A stretch of 63,579 nucleotides of DNA, counting the filler, from Olpidium bornovanus S191 (lineage: Eukaryota > Fungi > Olpidiomycota), in the NCBI GenBank assembly GCA_017911155.1. It is 29 parts of 29 records of this genome, joined end to end, with 100 filler letters (N's around TTAATTAATTAA, not from the genome) between each part and the next. Parts side by side here need not be neighbours in the genome. Positions count along the whole stretch, not along the records: positions 1 to 1,756 come from JAEFCI010010827.1; positions 1,857 to 3,112 come from JAEFCI010004724.1; positions 3,213 to 10,280 come from JAEFCI010001609.1; 26 more parts are not named here. One strand, 5' to 3'. How positions within the stretch are numbered: the stretch's first letter is position 1; each line of letters opens with the position of its first letter. The translations under genes were made by a program, and so were the position numbers. The notes under the pieces are model-generated. The model was not told where the DNA came from. It saw only the letters and a list, made by a program, of their open reading frames with translations, and ran no database searches. Shown one piece after another: positions 1 through 10,280 of this stretch.

Positions 1-540
1 CCGGTACGACAGATGCCCGAGGGAGAAATAGCGGAAATAGCGAGAGAATCAGGGGTAAACGGGGAAGGGTAGTCCTTGACGCGGGCTGAGCGTCAGGAAG
101 TCCCTGTATTTTTCAACATGGGAAGCGGGGAGTGGTTGTGTGTTGGGTGAGCGAGCGCTGACGCGTCTGTCCCTCTCCTCTTTTTTCGCTCTCACAACAA
201 TGCACGCATACAACTCTATACAACAACACTCGACAACACATCCCACTCCTCTTAACTGACAATCGCCTCCGTTGAACTCACCGGTAGCTAGTTTTCCGCG
301 GTGTCGTTATCGTTCCCCCCCTCCCACCCTCCACATTCTACGGTCAGCTGTCATCGGACGGAAGGCGACGATCCCGACCCGCATGCCGAGCGCCGCGGGT
401 TCTATGAACGCACCGTCTGCGGGCTGGGGGAGTCTGAGTGGGAGTGGGAGTGGGACCGGGGGGAAAATGGAGTGTGCGGGCGTCAGTTTCGGTGTGTGCG
501 CGGGGGAGAACGAAAGGGGACCAAAAAAATAAGGCCCGAA

Positions 541-586
541 GGCGGGAAGAGCCGCCGCGGGGCGGGAAGAGCCGCCGCGGGGCGGG
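541..586. repeat. 20-bp tandem repeat (2.3 copies)
   Basis: GGCGGGAAGAGCCGCCGCGG x2 plus GGCGGG. Confidence 0.9.
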
Positions 587-1756
587 TGGTGGCGAGCGAA
601 GGAGAAAGAGAGAATGAGAGAGAAAGGAGAGAAGTGATCACGGAGCCATGGCAGAGTAACCAGTGTGTGTTTTAGAGCGAAATAGGTGTTGCTTGAAAAG
701 CAAAAACGGCGAGACCGAAAAGTGGGTACCGACAGATGCGGAAAAGTGAAGACACTATGAAGTAGACTGGGCTGCTGGGCGGAATTCAAGGGGAAACCTG
801 CGGACCGTGTTTGTCGCCCATTATATGATAGCGCTCGGCTGTGTGCTTTCCCGGCTGTTTACACGCCCACGGAAAAGGTTATATATGTTTATATGTATAT
901 GTGCGTTTATGTGTGTGTGTGTTTTGTATCACGCTTACGTATATATATGGTCACGCTGCAGTATATATAGGTTGTGGGAAACTCGTTACATTTGTGCGTT
1001 GTGGTTGACGTAAGTGCTTTTTGACGCGATTACCCGGAGCAAGGCATCACGGAGACCGGGTCGCTTTGCTGCTTTGCCAACTGGGCGATGGAAACCAAAA
1101 ACTACATTATGGAACAGAATACAGACCCCCTGGGCGGCGTTCGTTCGGTTGCGATATCGTTAATTTCGTTGCAACGACACGCAGGACATAACCAGAAAAA
1201 ACAGCGAGAAGCCGTAAGAAGCACACGCCCCAGTTGGGGCGTGAGGACCAGCCGGCTTCCCAGCAGCTTAAACACGCCGCAAATTTGCAGCTCTCCCCCG
1301 CTTTCCTTGACTTCTTATAAAACCGCCGAAAGGATTTCCCACGCTCCCGCTCCTAGGGACTCTCCGTACCCTCCCCCTCCCCAATTTCGAAACGCGATTC
1401 GAGATAGTTTCGTCTTTCTGGAAACTCTCCGCGAAACACGCCGCACGTTTCCCTGTTTGGTTGGTCACATTCCCATTTTTTATTTTTTTGTTTTTTTTTT
1501 TTCCCCCGGGACCACTCGTTTTTTTACATTGCACGCGTCGTCGAGAATTAACATAACACTGCCCGTACGTGAAATTGCTGTCGGGCGATGAGGTCGGGTA
1601 TCATGTATTTGTCATGTTCTAAATATATGTCGTTCTCATGGATCTCTTTCAGAACTTGGTTTACGGCGAAAAAAACGCGCGCCTCCCGCGGCGAAAACGC
1701 ACACACGTCATCTGCAACGTTATCTGCCTCCTGGGCGCGAGGCCGTGAGGAATAAG

Positions 1757-1856
1757 NNNNNNNNNNNNNNNNNNNNNNNNNNNNNNNNNNNNNNNNNNNN
1801 TTAATTAATTAANNNNNNNNNNNNNNNNNNNNNNNNNNNNNNNNNNNNNNNNNNNN
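1757..1856. other. Artificial contig spacer (first of 28 identical 100-bp spacers)
   Basis: N44-TTAATTAATTAA-N44, giving stops in all six frames. It recurs starting at 3113, 10281, 12548, 14012, 16783, 18968, 20972, 22973, 24792, 26152, 28117, 30766, 32018, 33339, 37571, 41094, 44140, 45517, 47268, 49674, 51819, 52981, 54381, 56511, 58570, 61211 and 62444. Confidence 0.99.
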
Positions 1857-1952
1857 AAAGCGCAGCGGTGGCCGGAAAGCGGCTGCGATGGTGCAGCGGC
1901 TACCGGAAAGCGGCGGCGTCAAAAGCGCAGCGGTGGCCGGAAAGCGGCTGCG
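1857..1952. repeat. 31-bp exact direct repeat in the copia 5' leader/gag region
   Basis: AAAGCGCAGCGGTGGCCGGAAAGCGGCTGCG at 1857-1887 and 1922-1952. Confidence 0.9.
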
Positions 1953-2063
1953 GCCGGCGAAGCGAAGTGACGATCCTGGGATAAGGATGGTGTTCGGCGA
2001 AGCGGCGGCGGCGGGCGGGGGCTGCGGGAGACGCGTCAACGGGAGGGGGCGGGGCGTCCCGTT

Positions 2064-2075
2064 GGGCTCATAACC
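2064..2075 (-). promoter_or_regulatory. Primer-binding site of the half-tRNA-iMet type (Ty5/copia-like)
   Basis: Minus strand GGTTATGAGCCC directly after an LTR ending ...CGAACA. It is complementary to the initiator tRNA-Met anticodon arm GGGCTCATAACC. Confidence 0.85.
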
Positions 2076-2214
2076 TGTTCGAGTTATGTGTTTCGCCGGT
2101 AACGCGTTTTATTCTTCGTTGGTGTGGGGAAGCAGAAGACGGAGAGGAAGGAAGACTAACGCGTAGGGGACTAATAGATATAGTACAAATAGCGAATGAT
2201 GGAAATATTCAACA
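2076..2214 (-). mobile_element. 5' LTR (139 bp) of a Ty1/copia element
   Basis: Minus strand TGTTGAA...TCGAACA termini, internal AATAAA, abuts the PBS, and cuts a gypsy protease ORF just after DSGCT. Confidence 0.75.
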
Positions 2215-2630
2215 CGTACAGCCGCTGTCGATAGTAGCCGCCACCGGTATATTGTCTACCGTGGCGTCTATATCGAACGAGGCCGGCTCGCGCGGGAACC
2301 AGCCCGTAGACGGGCGCACCTCGCCGGCGAGCGCGCCCGAGTCTAGTTTCTTGGCTTGGAAGGGCAGGCGACCGCTATGTGGCCGAGCTGCTTGCAATAG
2401 AAACATGCGCCTTTTTTGCGCAGCTCATCTTGCTCCTTCCTTTTCGACGCGTCTTGCGACGCGTTGCCTCGGCGGTCTCGTAGCTTCTCTTGGACTTTAG
2501 CTACGTTTTCTCGCCGAGGACGTTCTTCGATACGGCGGGGGCGCTTGGCGGGCTGTTGGCGGGATGTCCTCGATAAGGATTTGATGTAGCCCGAGAGGGG
2601 TTTGACGCCACCGGAGCGTGCTCCGTGACA
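2215..2630 (-). mobile_element. Ty3/gypsy gag zinc knuckle plus aspartic protease fragment
   Basis: CFYCKQLGHIAVAC (CX2CX4HX4C) followed by FDIDATVDNIPVAATIDSGCT (retropepsin D-S-G). The segment starts with TGTCAC at 2630. Confidence 0.75.
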
Positions 2631-3112
2631 TCTGAAGTTTTCGCTGAATGTCCTCAAGAACATGTAAGTCCGGACCGGCGAGCACAATATCATCAACGTA
2701 AATGGCCAGAAGAACCGTGATACGTTCATTCACATACAAGCAAGGTTCGTGCGACGTCGCTCGGAAGCCAAGCTGTTGCAAGACGAAATTAATCGTTGCG
2801 TTCCATTCACGAGCTGATTGCTTCAGCCCGTAAAGAGCTTTGTTCAGTCGCCAAACATGACCGAGATTGCGCTCATCTACCGCTCCTTCTGGCTGACGGA
2901 TAAACACAGTATGACGAAGCGGTGCGTAAAGGTATGCAGTGGTTACGTCGTGTCCGTGAAGCTTCCAATCCTTGGCGGCAGCCAGTGCAAGGAGAAGTCA
3001 GAGAGCAGCATGAGCGACCACAGGGGCGAAAGTCTCATCGTAATCCACTCCTTCAGCCTGAGTAAAACCCCTGGCAACGAAGCGGGCCTTAAACTTGTCA
3101 ATGTTCCCGTCA
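2631..3112 (-). mobile_element. Ty1/copia reverse transcriptase fragment (RVT_2), frameshifted
   Basis: [63 protein letters not shown]. Confidence 0.95.
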
Positions 3113-3212
3113 NNNNNNNNNNNNNNNNNNNNNNNNNNNNNNNNNNNNNNNNNNNNTTAATTAATTAANNNNNNNNNNNNNNNNNNNNNNNNNNNNNNNN
3201 NNNNNNNNNNNN

Positions 3213-3689
3213 CATGTCCTGCGCGCAGGAGAAGCCGGAAGCGGTCTCCGTGACCGAATACCCCTGAGGAAACGAGACGGCGCAGGCGTATTCCGCGGAC
3301 GTGTCCGCCAGCGCGCTCGCTGTGACGGCAGTCACATTCAGGTAGAAATTGTACGGCGCCAAGAATTGGGGAACCAGAGTGTAACAGCAATCTAGAAAGG
3401 CACGCGGTTGTTTTGGCCGGGGCGCAGGGAAGGGGAAGAGGGGAGAGAAAGGGGGGGTCGGGGTGGTCAGCTTCGCCTTGGCCAAAAGTTTGACGATGAG
3501 CCGCTTATTGCGCCCGGATCAAGCAGAATGGGAGCCGGGGCCTTTTTTTTTCTTTCCCTCACCAGCCGACGACAGCGACACTCCCCACGTCGCGATTACA
3601 GCCAGCGCCCCGCAGCAACAACGCCTCGCCGAATCCCGTGCGCGGTCCAATGCGCCGGTTCGCGACGCCAAACGGCGCGCGAGCTCCAT
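3213..3689 (-). CDS. 5' part of an uncharacterised, probably secreted or membrane protein (2 exons, truncated)
   Basis: MELARRLASR...CCCGALAVIATWGVSLSSA, then a GTGAG...TTCTAG intron whose phase joins to DCCYTLVPQFLAPYNFYLNVT.... Hydrophobic signal-like segment; no family recognised. Confidence 0.4.
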
Positions 3690-3777
3690 GCAATGTTTTC
3701 TTTTGCTAATTTTCCCCTTTTTTTTGGTTGCTTGGATTTCGAGTGGAAGCAAGTGCGGGATGAAGAAGTGGGCCGGG

Positions 3778-3814
<37 letters not shown>

Positions 3815-4673
3815 CCTGCAGCTTTTGAAAAGCTTCCCGGGGAACTCAAAAAATGACCGAGTAGATTTTTGTCCCGAGGATAGATCTTTTGGAATCGCTG
3901 CGGTTTTCCCGGAAGCGCTCCGGGAAAGGCACACACATTTTGTTTAGTTTGCCTGGAACAAAAAAAAATTAAACACAAAACCAAGCTATACGGTAGCAGA
4001 GCAAACAACACCATAGCGACCATCGCCAAGTGCTCCCCCAGTCCTCGCGGACCCCCGGCTGGTATCGAAAACCGTGCGGCCGACTTTCGGCAGGACCTTG
4101 ATTCGTCCTTCCGCGACGCCATGGTCGTCCTGTCGACAAGGAATGTGTACAGTGTGGCGAACTGGGCAAAGCTGATAAAGAACACACCGTCCCGGACCCA
4201 GCGCAGATCAATATAGCCTTGCGATTTGACACTGAATGGCGCAGACGAGGATGGTTTTTTTTTTTGCAAGCTCTTAGCTTGAGTTTTCTAGATTGCCTGG
4301 CATAATTGATTGCGATTTAGCGCCAAGCGCCAGGATTGGTTCGGGAAGCTTTACGTTTCCACGTTTTTCATGGGGCGGAGAGGCAGGCAGCATATATTTT
4401 TTAACCGGTTCGACAGATGCGAGGTTCGTCGTGCCGAGATAATAATGGCCCTGGAAGCTCGGCCAGAGCGTGCACTGTGCGGTCTGGTGCGATTTTTTTT
4501 TTTACATTTTATTTCTTTGGTTTTTTTCATGCGGGAAATTTTTTTTTTCGAAAACCTTATTCCTTTTTTTCTTGCAACTTTTTTTTTTTTTTACGCCCCG
4601 GCTGCGGACGAAGAGGGTTCTGGCGCGCCCGTTTTCTTCCTTTCGCAGCGTAATAAAATAATATCTAATAAGA

Positions 4674-7600
4674 ATGTCGGCGACCAGGTCGCAGCAGATC
4701 CTGTGGTCGCCGCACGACGGCGATAACAGGTTTCTCATCGGATCGACCGACCTGCGCCTGTACGAGCTCTCCTTTGCCGGTGGGACCGACGGGGACGAAG
4801 ACGAGGGCGACGGCGGCGATGACGACGAGGAGCGCCGGCACGCGGACGGGCTCCGGCACGCGGACGGGCTCCGGCACGGGGACGGGCACGCCGCTCGGCG
4901 CTGGGACGAGTGCGAAGAGGACGAGCCTGCGAAGGACGGAGACGCCTTCCGCAACGAGCCGCAACGCTCACGCCGGCGCAACCGCGTCGACAGGAGCGAG
5001 AGAGCAGGCCCGCGCACGACCGGTGCTGCGGAGCGCCACGCGCCCGGCGGAAACGACGGGCGGAAGCGGGAGCAATGCCAACCGGCCTACCGCATGCTGG
5101 CCGTCAACACGGACTTGCCGCTCATGAAGTGCTTCGCCTGGTCGCCCGATCCTGCGTACCCGGACCTGATCGCGGTGGGGCTGACGACGGGGCGGACCGT
5201 GCTGGTCCGAATGCTTTCTGGCCAGGCGTACTCTTCGGCGTACCAGCCGCAGCCGATGAAGAATGCGGCAGGACAACCGACGGTGCACACTCCTGGCCTC
5301 AAACCCGGAACCGTCCGGCAGACCGCCGCAGTCTCCGCTGGCAACCCCGGTGCCTCCTCAAGCTCGTTGGCCTCCGCCTCGTCCACATCCCGCATCGGCA
5401 TCTGGGGCTCCAGGGCCGCGACGTCGGCGGCTGCAGGGCTACCAAATTATCCTTCACTGAACATCCGGCACTCGCGTGCCTGCAACGTTGTAACCTTCTC
5501 CCCGGCCGAGCCGCGCTGGCTTGCCGCTGGCCTTGACAAGGTCCGGAACGACTACTGCCTGATGATATGGGATGTCTCCAAGGTTACGTCCAGATCTCCC
5601 GATTTCGACGCGCCGTACGCCGGTCGGGTTCATTACTCGACGGTACCTGCTACTCAGGGCACCCTTGCCGGCTCCGACCTCGCTGCCGACGCAACTTCGC
5701 CCCTTTCGGCGGACACCCCGGCGGTAGACCCGTGGCCTGAAAACGTTCCAAACCCGTCCGCGGCACCCCGCACGTCGTTCTCACCGGAGCCCATACGGCG
5801 CCAGGGAAGCATGGGGTCCTTGAGCCACCTCGGATTTGGCGCCGCCCAGCAATCAAGTTTCGGCGTGCAGTTGGCAGGACAAGACGGATCGCACTTGCCC
5901 CTAATCCACCATCATCTACACCGCCATTTAGGAGAGGGTGGCACACTCGCCGCTGTCGCAGATATGGACAGCTATTATGGTAGGTAGCTCGCGTTTGCCC
6001 CTCGAGCCCGGGCGTCGCTTGAGTTGAGAGTTGTTGAGCAAATTGTTTCCGTCCGACGCAGGTGACGTTAGCTCCCGCACGATCGACGCTGTCATCGGCA
6101 AGCCCATCGCTACTAGGTGAGCGTTCGCCGTGAATGTCAGGTAGCTGTGGACGTGGATTGTAGGCTTTACGATTTGACGCGCTTATTTGTCATGGTCGAA
6201 CAGTTACCAGCAACATGATGACGTCCGTCCTTTGCAGCAATACGGCTCGTCTGAGGCGGTCCAATCATGTGCATGGTTCCCCGAGAACAAGTCGCAGCTG
6301 GTTGCAGGAATGGGTTTAAAGTGGCTGAGGATCTATGATTTGCGAAGTAAGGTGCCACCAACGCTTTTGCTTCATCGGCGCGAACACGCTCTGCAGGAAA
6401 TTGACGTCGAGCGACCGTGCCTAAATGCAGTGGACAACACGTCTCCTCCCGCGGGAGTATTCGCGACCAAGGCGATCCACGGCGTTCAGGTCGACCCGTT
6501 CCACCCGCATCGTATGGCGTCGTTTGCCGAAGACGCCATCATCAAGGTGTGGGACGCGCGGAAGCCGACCGAGGCGGTGCTCACCATCCAGACGGAGCCG
6601 TCCACCCGGACCAGCGGCGGCATTTCGCGGATCGCGTTTTCGCCACGGCGCTCGGGCCTCCTCGCGTCGCTCGGTCGAGACGCCGTCCAGGTGAAACTGT
6701 GGGATATACAGGAGGGGACCAACAGGACCCACCACACCCCCATACACAGGTCGGGGTCATCGCCCACGTTGGCGCTTCCCGTCGGCGTGCCTGGCCCAGG
6801 GGGCGGGTCAGGAATCGGGGTTGCCGGAGGTGCAGGATCGGTGGGTTCTGAGTCTGCGGGAGCCTTAGCGATAACTAGCGGGTCACCGAAATTGAGTATC
6901 GGGAGGACAATGCAAATGCCTGACGCCGGACAAGGGGGCGCGATCACGGCCGGGGGTCACCCACCAGAGGAAGAGCTGAACGCTCCGCTCCTGTGGCGGT
7001 CGCGGGAAAGTGAGTTGGAATGCAACGCACGGGATGATTTCTGCGCCGCTTTGCAATAGGCTGTCATGGCGGCGCATGGTCTGGGACACCTTCTGAATCT
7101 CTGTTAACCGGCCTCTACCACACAGCGAAACCGTCGTCAAAACCTCTCACCTCGTTTGCCTGGGTGGCCACGCACTCCTCGTCGTCCTCGCACCGGCTCA
7201 TTACCGTGAACCGGAATGCGGTGATTGAGAGTCCGATTGTTCAAGAGTCCCCGCGGATATCCTGGGCGGCTGGCGGCAGCCTGCTGGCTTCCGGCGGCAC
7301 GCGTGTAACCGTCCGCCGTCCCAGGGTTACACCGCGCGACGGCACGGGGCAGGGCAGAGTGCTCGACGGTCGAGTCGGAAAAGAGCTTGCCAGGGACGTT
7401 TCGATCACTATGCAGAGGAGGGCGCTCAGGGGGTACAACATGACGGTGGGTCTGCCGCCAGCCGGCTGACTGGTGGCACAGCACGGTTATTCCATTTTTG
7501 CCAATCTCGAAGGCGAGCTGATTTCGAAAAGTTCCTCGCCATTAGGCAAAGGTCAATTGTGAAATTGTTTGCGACGATAGGAAGCTGCGTGAGCTCTGGG

Positions 7601-9662
7601 AGTGGATTGCACGTAAGACTGAGTCGAAGGCGTGAAGTTCGTTTCACCGGACGTCTGGTGCAAGGCTTGCCCCTCGGCCATCTTGCCGACTTTTTTGTCC
7701 ACGGATATTCAGGATCGCAAGATTTGTCGTCCAGGAATGGCTGCACGCTAGGCGGACAGGACTTCGCCTATAGCGGCCTGCTGGCCGTCATGCGTGCTGA
7801 ACCACCGGCGCACATGCAATTTGAGAACGTACCGGAGGAGCTCCTGCGATTCCCTGTGTACACCACTCGGACTGCCCAGAGGCTTTTGGCCCTGCGGATA
7901 TGCGGCTGGGGATTCTCCCGCCTGGAGCTCGAAGCGAAGATCAAAGAGTGGGTTGTGTGTTTTGTTGTTTTTCGATACGGGCAGTTGCACGCTTAATGAC
8001 GATCGATCGATATCAAGGCTAGAGGCTGGCGGACAGGTCGAGAAGGCGGCGGGCTGGGCGTTCTTTCACGGCGACCTTAACCGGAGCGTGCAGGCGCTCA
8101 ACTCGAGCAAAGGTGACGGCGAGCGGATGAGGCTTGGCCGTCCCTCCGACTGCTGGGGAATCCTCGCCTTTTGCTGAACACGCTTTGCGATTTTATCCCG
8201 GCCCACGTGGCCGCAACTAGACGAGCGGTACAAGCTGCTATCTGCGGCGCTCGCCGGCTACTCGAACGGGCCGTCGAACACGTGGAAGGCGCTCTGCACT
8301 ACGCTGAGCAATGACCTCGAGGGACCGTATCTCCAGGCCATTTTTGCCTTTGCCGCGACGGGAAAATGGGAGTCCGCGCTGGAGATCGAAGGCCTCTCGC
8401 TGCGAGATCGCGCGGGCATCGCCATCCGGTTTTTACACGACGAGGAGGCGAGTTCGCGTGCTGCCGTTCGGCAGAGCCCGAGGGGTAGAAAGCTTCGCCA
8501 GGTTGCGCCCTCACGCTTCCGCGAGGCTCTGACGCCAGATTGTCCGTCGTGTTCCCGCACGGGATTTTTCTGCACTCCGCTTCGATCAGCTTCTCGCGTT
8601 CCTGGAGCAGAAATCTCTTCACCTTCGAACCATCGGCGACATGGAGGGTCTTCTGCTCACGGGACTGATGCAGACGGGGATGGAGCTCGTTGATCAGTAC
8701 GTGAACCGAACGGGCGACGTCCAAACGGCGGCGCTCGTGATGAGCTACTGTGTACCAAAACCGGAAAACGCGACCAAGGTCACCGAATGGGTGGAGAGGT
8801 GCGTCTTTATTGTTGAAATTGGCGGGTGCGAACCGCCGTGACCGAACTGCTCACTTTTTTTGGCTCTCAATTGCCGTGTTCTCCAATGCGCTTACCGCGG
8901 GTGGACTGGGGCCAACAAAAAAAAACTCCCCCGCTCGGCGCTTGTTCCCCCTCCTCCGCCACCTCTCTACCAAAAAGTTACCGCAACCTGCTGGACAGGT
9001 GGCAGCTCTTTCACCAGCGTGCCCGCTTCGACGTTGCCCGACGGCGTTATCTTGCCGCCAGCGGCGCGCCGCCGTCGGCGACGATGGCCCCACCGCCGCA
9101 GGTATACGTCCGTTGCAACTTTTGCAACCAGAGCGTCGCCCACTCGAGCGCCTCGAATCCAGGGACGGGGCTCAAAGGTCGAGACGGGCCCTGTCGCCGG
9201 TCCGCGATGGCGGGCAGCAGCGGGGTGCCCTCGACCGCAGCGAACGCTTCGGCGGCCGGTGGCCCGCGACATAAAGTGAGTTTAATGGTATCAAGACGGC
9301 CTCCCGGAAAACTGATTTATCCGATTTGACTGGCCCAATGCCCCCGCCTTCCGTGCAATGTTTACTAATTTTTTTTCTTTTTTTTTTTTTTTAAGAAAAC
9401 GTGTTGCCCGACGTGCGGTAAACCGCTCCCCCGATGTGCACTCTGCCTCCTGCACCTGGGAACGCCGATGGAAGTGCTGAGGATCGACGGCGGCGGCGGG
9501 CATTCCAGTTCCGGATCGGCGTCTTCTTCCCCGCTAGATTCGTGGTTCAGCTGGTGCCAGACGTGCCGGCACGGCGGGCACGTGTCCCATCTGCTGGACT
9601 GGTTCGCCAAGCACGCGACATGCCCGGTCGCCGACTGTAACTGTTCGTGTAGTTCGCTGTGA
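4674..9662 (+). CDS. MIOS: GATOR2/SEA complex subunit MIOS (Sea4), multi-exon WD40 plus C-terminal RING/zinc finger
   Basis: N-terminus ILWSPHD...FLIGSTDLRLY; MKCFAWSP...DLIAVGLTTGRTVL; RHSRACNVVTF...LAAGLDKVRND; EAVQSCAWFP; PQVYVRCNFCNQS; C-terminal WFSWCQTCRHGGHVSHLLDWFAKHATCPVADCNCSC-stop. Confidence 0.95.
4835..4888 (+). repeat. 18-bp in-frame tandem repeat x3 (RHADGL)
   Basis: CCGGCACGCGGACGGGCT x2 plus CCGGCACGGGGACGGGCA. Confidence 0.9.
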
Positions 9663-9969
9663 GCCTTCGTGGCGCATAATGGGCCCTGCTGCTGTAATTC
9701 CTGTTTAACTCCGCCGGGGAGGTTGGGTGGGGGTGGGGGGGGGAGGGCGGTTGTGACGCGGAAGCGCATACACCGCTGCGTAGAAAGCTCTACTGCGGTG
9801 GTGAATTTGCAACTGGTTTGGAGCTCACAACTCGTTTTGACAATCCTCCGCTGTCCAGCATTGGGATTTGGGGAAAGGGGCGTTTCGTTTTTCTGCGGAA
9901 ATCATTCGTTTCGGAATAGAGCGGGGAAGCGCACGGAGCGCGAACGCCATGTGCAATTTGGTATGCGCC

Positions 9970-10180
9970 TGTTGCGTTGGCGACATGCGAGACCAATCAC
10001 GGGGGAATCTCGCGGTGCGGTCGACGCACGCCGGGGAGGTGTTCCAGCGTGTTGGAATGGCTTCGCAGAGCGAGCCAGACACCTGGCGAATAGGGCAGAT
10101 AGCTCAGTTGGTAGAGCGTCCCTCCGGGATAGGAAGGTCCCGAGTTCGACCCTCGGTCGGCCCACTTTTGATGCGCAACA
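9970..10180 (+). mobile_element. LTR (211 bp) of a copia-type or TRIM element containing a tRNA-like cassette
   Basis: Perfect 7-bp terminal inverted repeat TGTTGCG...CGCAACA, followed directly by GGTTATGAGCCC. Confidence 0.8.
10093..10164 (+). pseudogene. 72-nt tRNA-like Pol III unit inside the LTR; apparent anticodon GGG, probably non-decoding
   Basis: GGGCAGA-TA-GCTC-AGTTGGTA-GAGC-G-TCCCT-CCGGGAT-AGGAA-GGTC-CCGAG-TTCGACC-CTCGG-TCGGCCC-A. D and T stems are perfect, acceptor stem 6/7, anticodon stem 4/5, no U33. TTTT follows at 10166-10169. Confidence 0.8.
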
Positions 10181-10192
10181 GGTTATGAGCCC
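10181..10192 (+). promoter_or_regulatory. Primer-binding site of the half-tRNA-iMet type
   Basis: GGTTATGAGCCC directly after the LTR end CAACA; identical to the PBS at 2064-2075. Confidence 0.85.
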
Positions 10193-10271
10193 AATCGTGA
10201 CTTCGTCCCTCTGATTGTGGTTGCGCGGGTGGCCGAGCCCCGTTGACAGCAGTGCCTGAGGTGCCTGGCTC

Positions 10272-10280
10272 GAGGGGGGG
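10272..10280 (+). promoter_or_regulatory. Candidate polypurine tract at the contig end
   Basis: CTC-GAGGGGGGG resembles copia PPTs. The contig breaks where a 3' LTR would begin, but it could be an ordinary G-run. Confidence 0.45.

Noticed and set aside
1801-1812. Recurring TTAATTAATTAA motif and ORFs ending in XXXX-LIN
   Set aside because: Artificial six-frame-stop linker inside the N spacers.
10093-10164. Functional tRNA-Pro(GGG)
   Set aside because: No U33, stem mismatches, G34 atypical for eukaryotic Pro, and it sits inside an LTR; treated as a tRNA-derived cassette.
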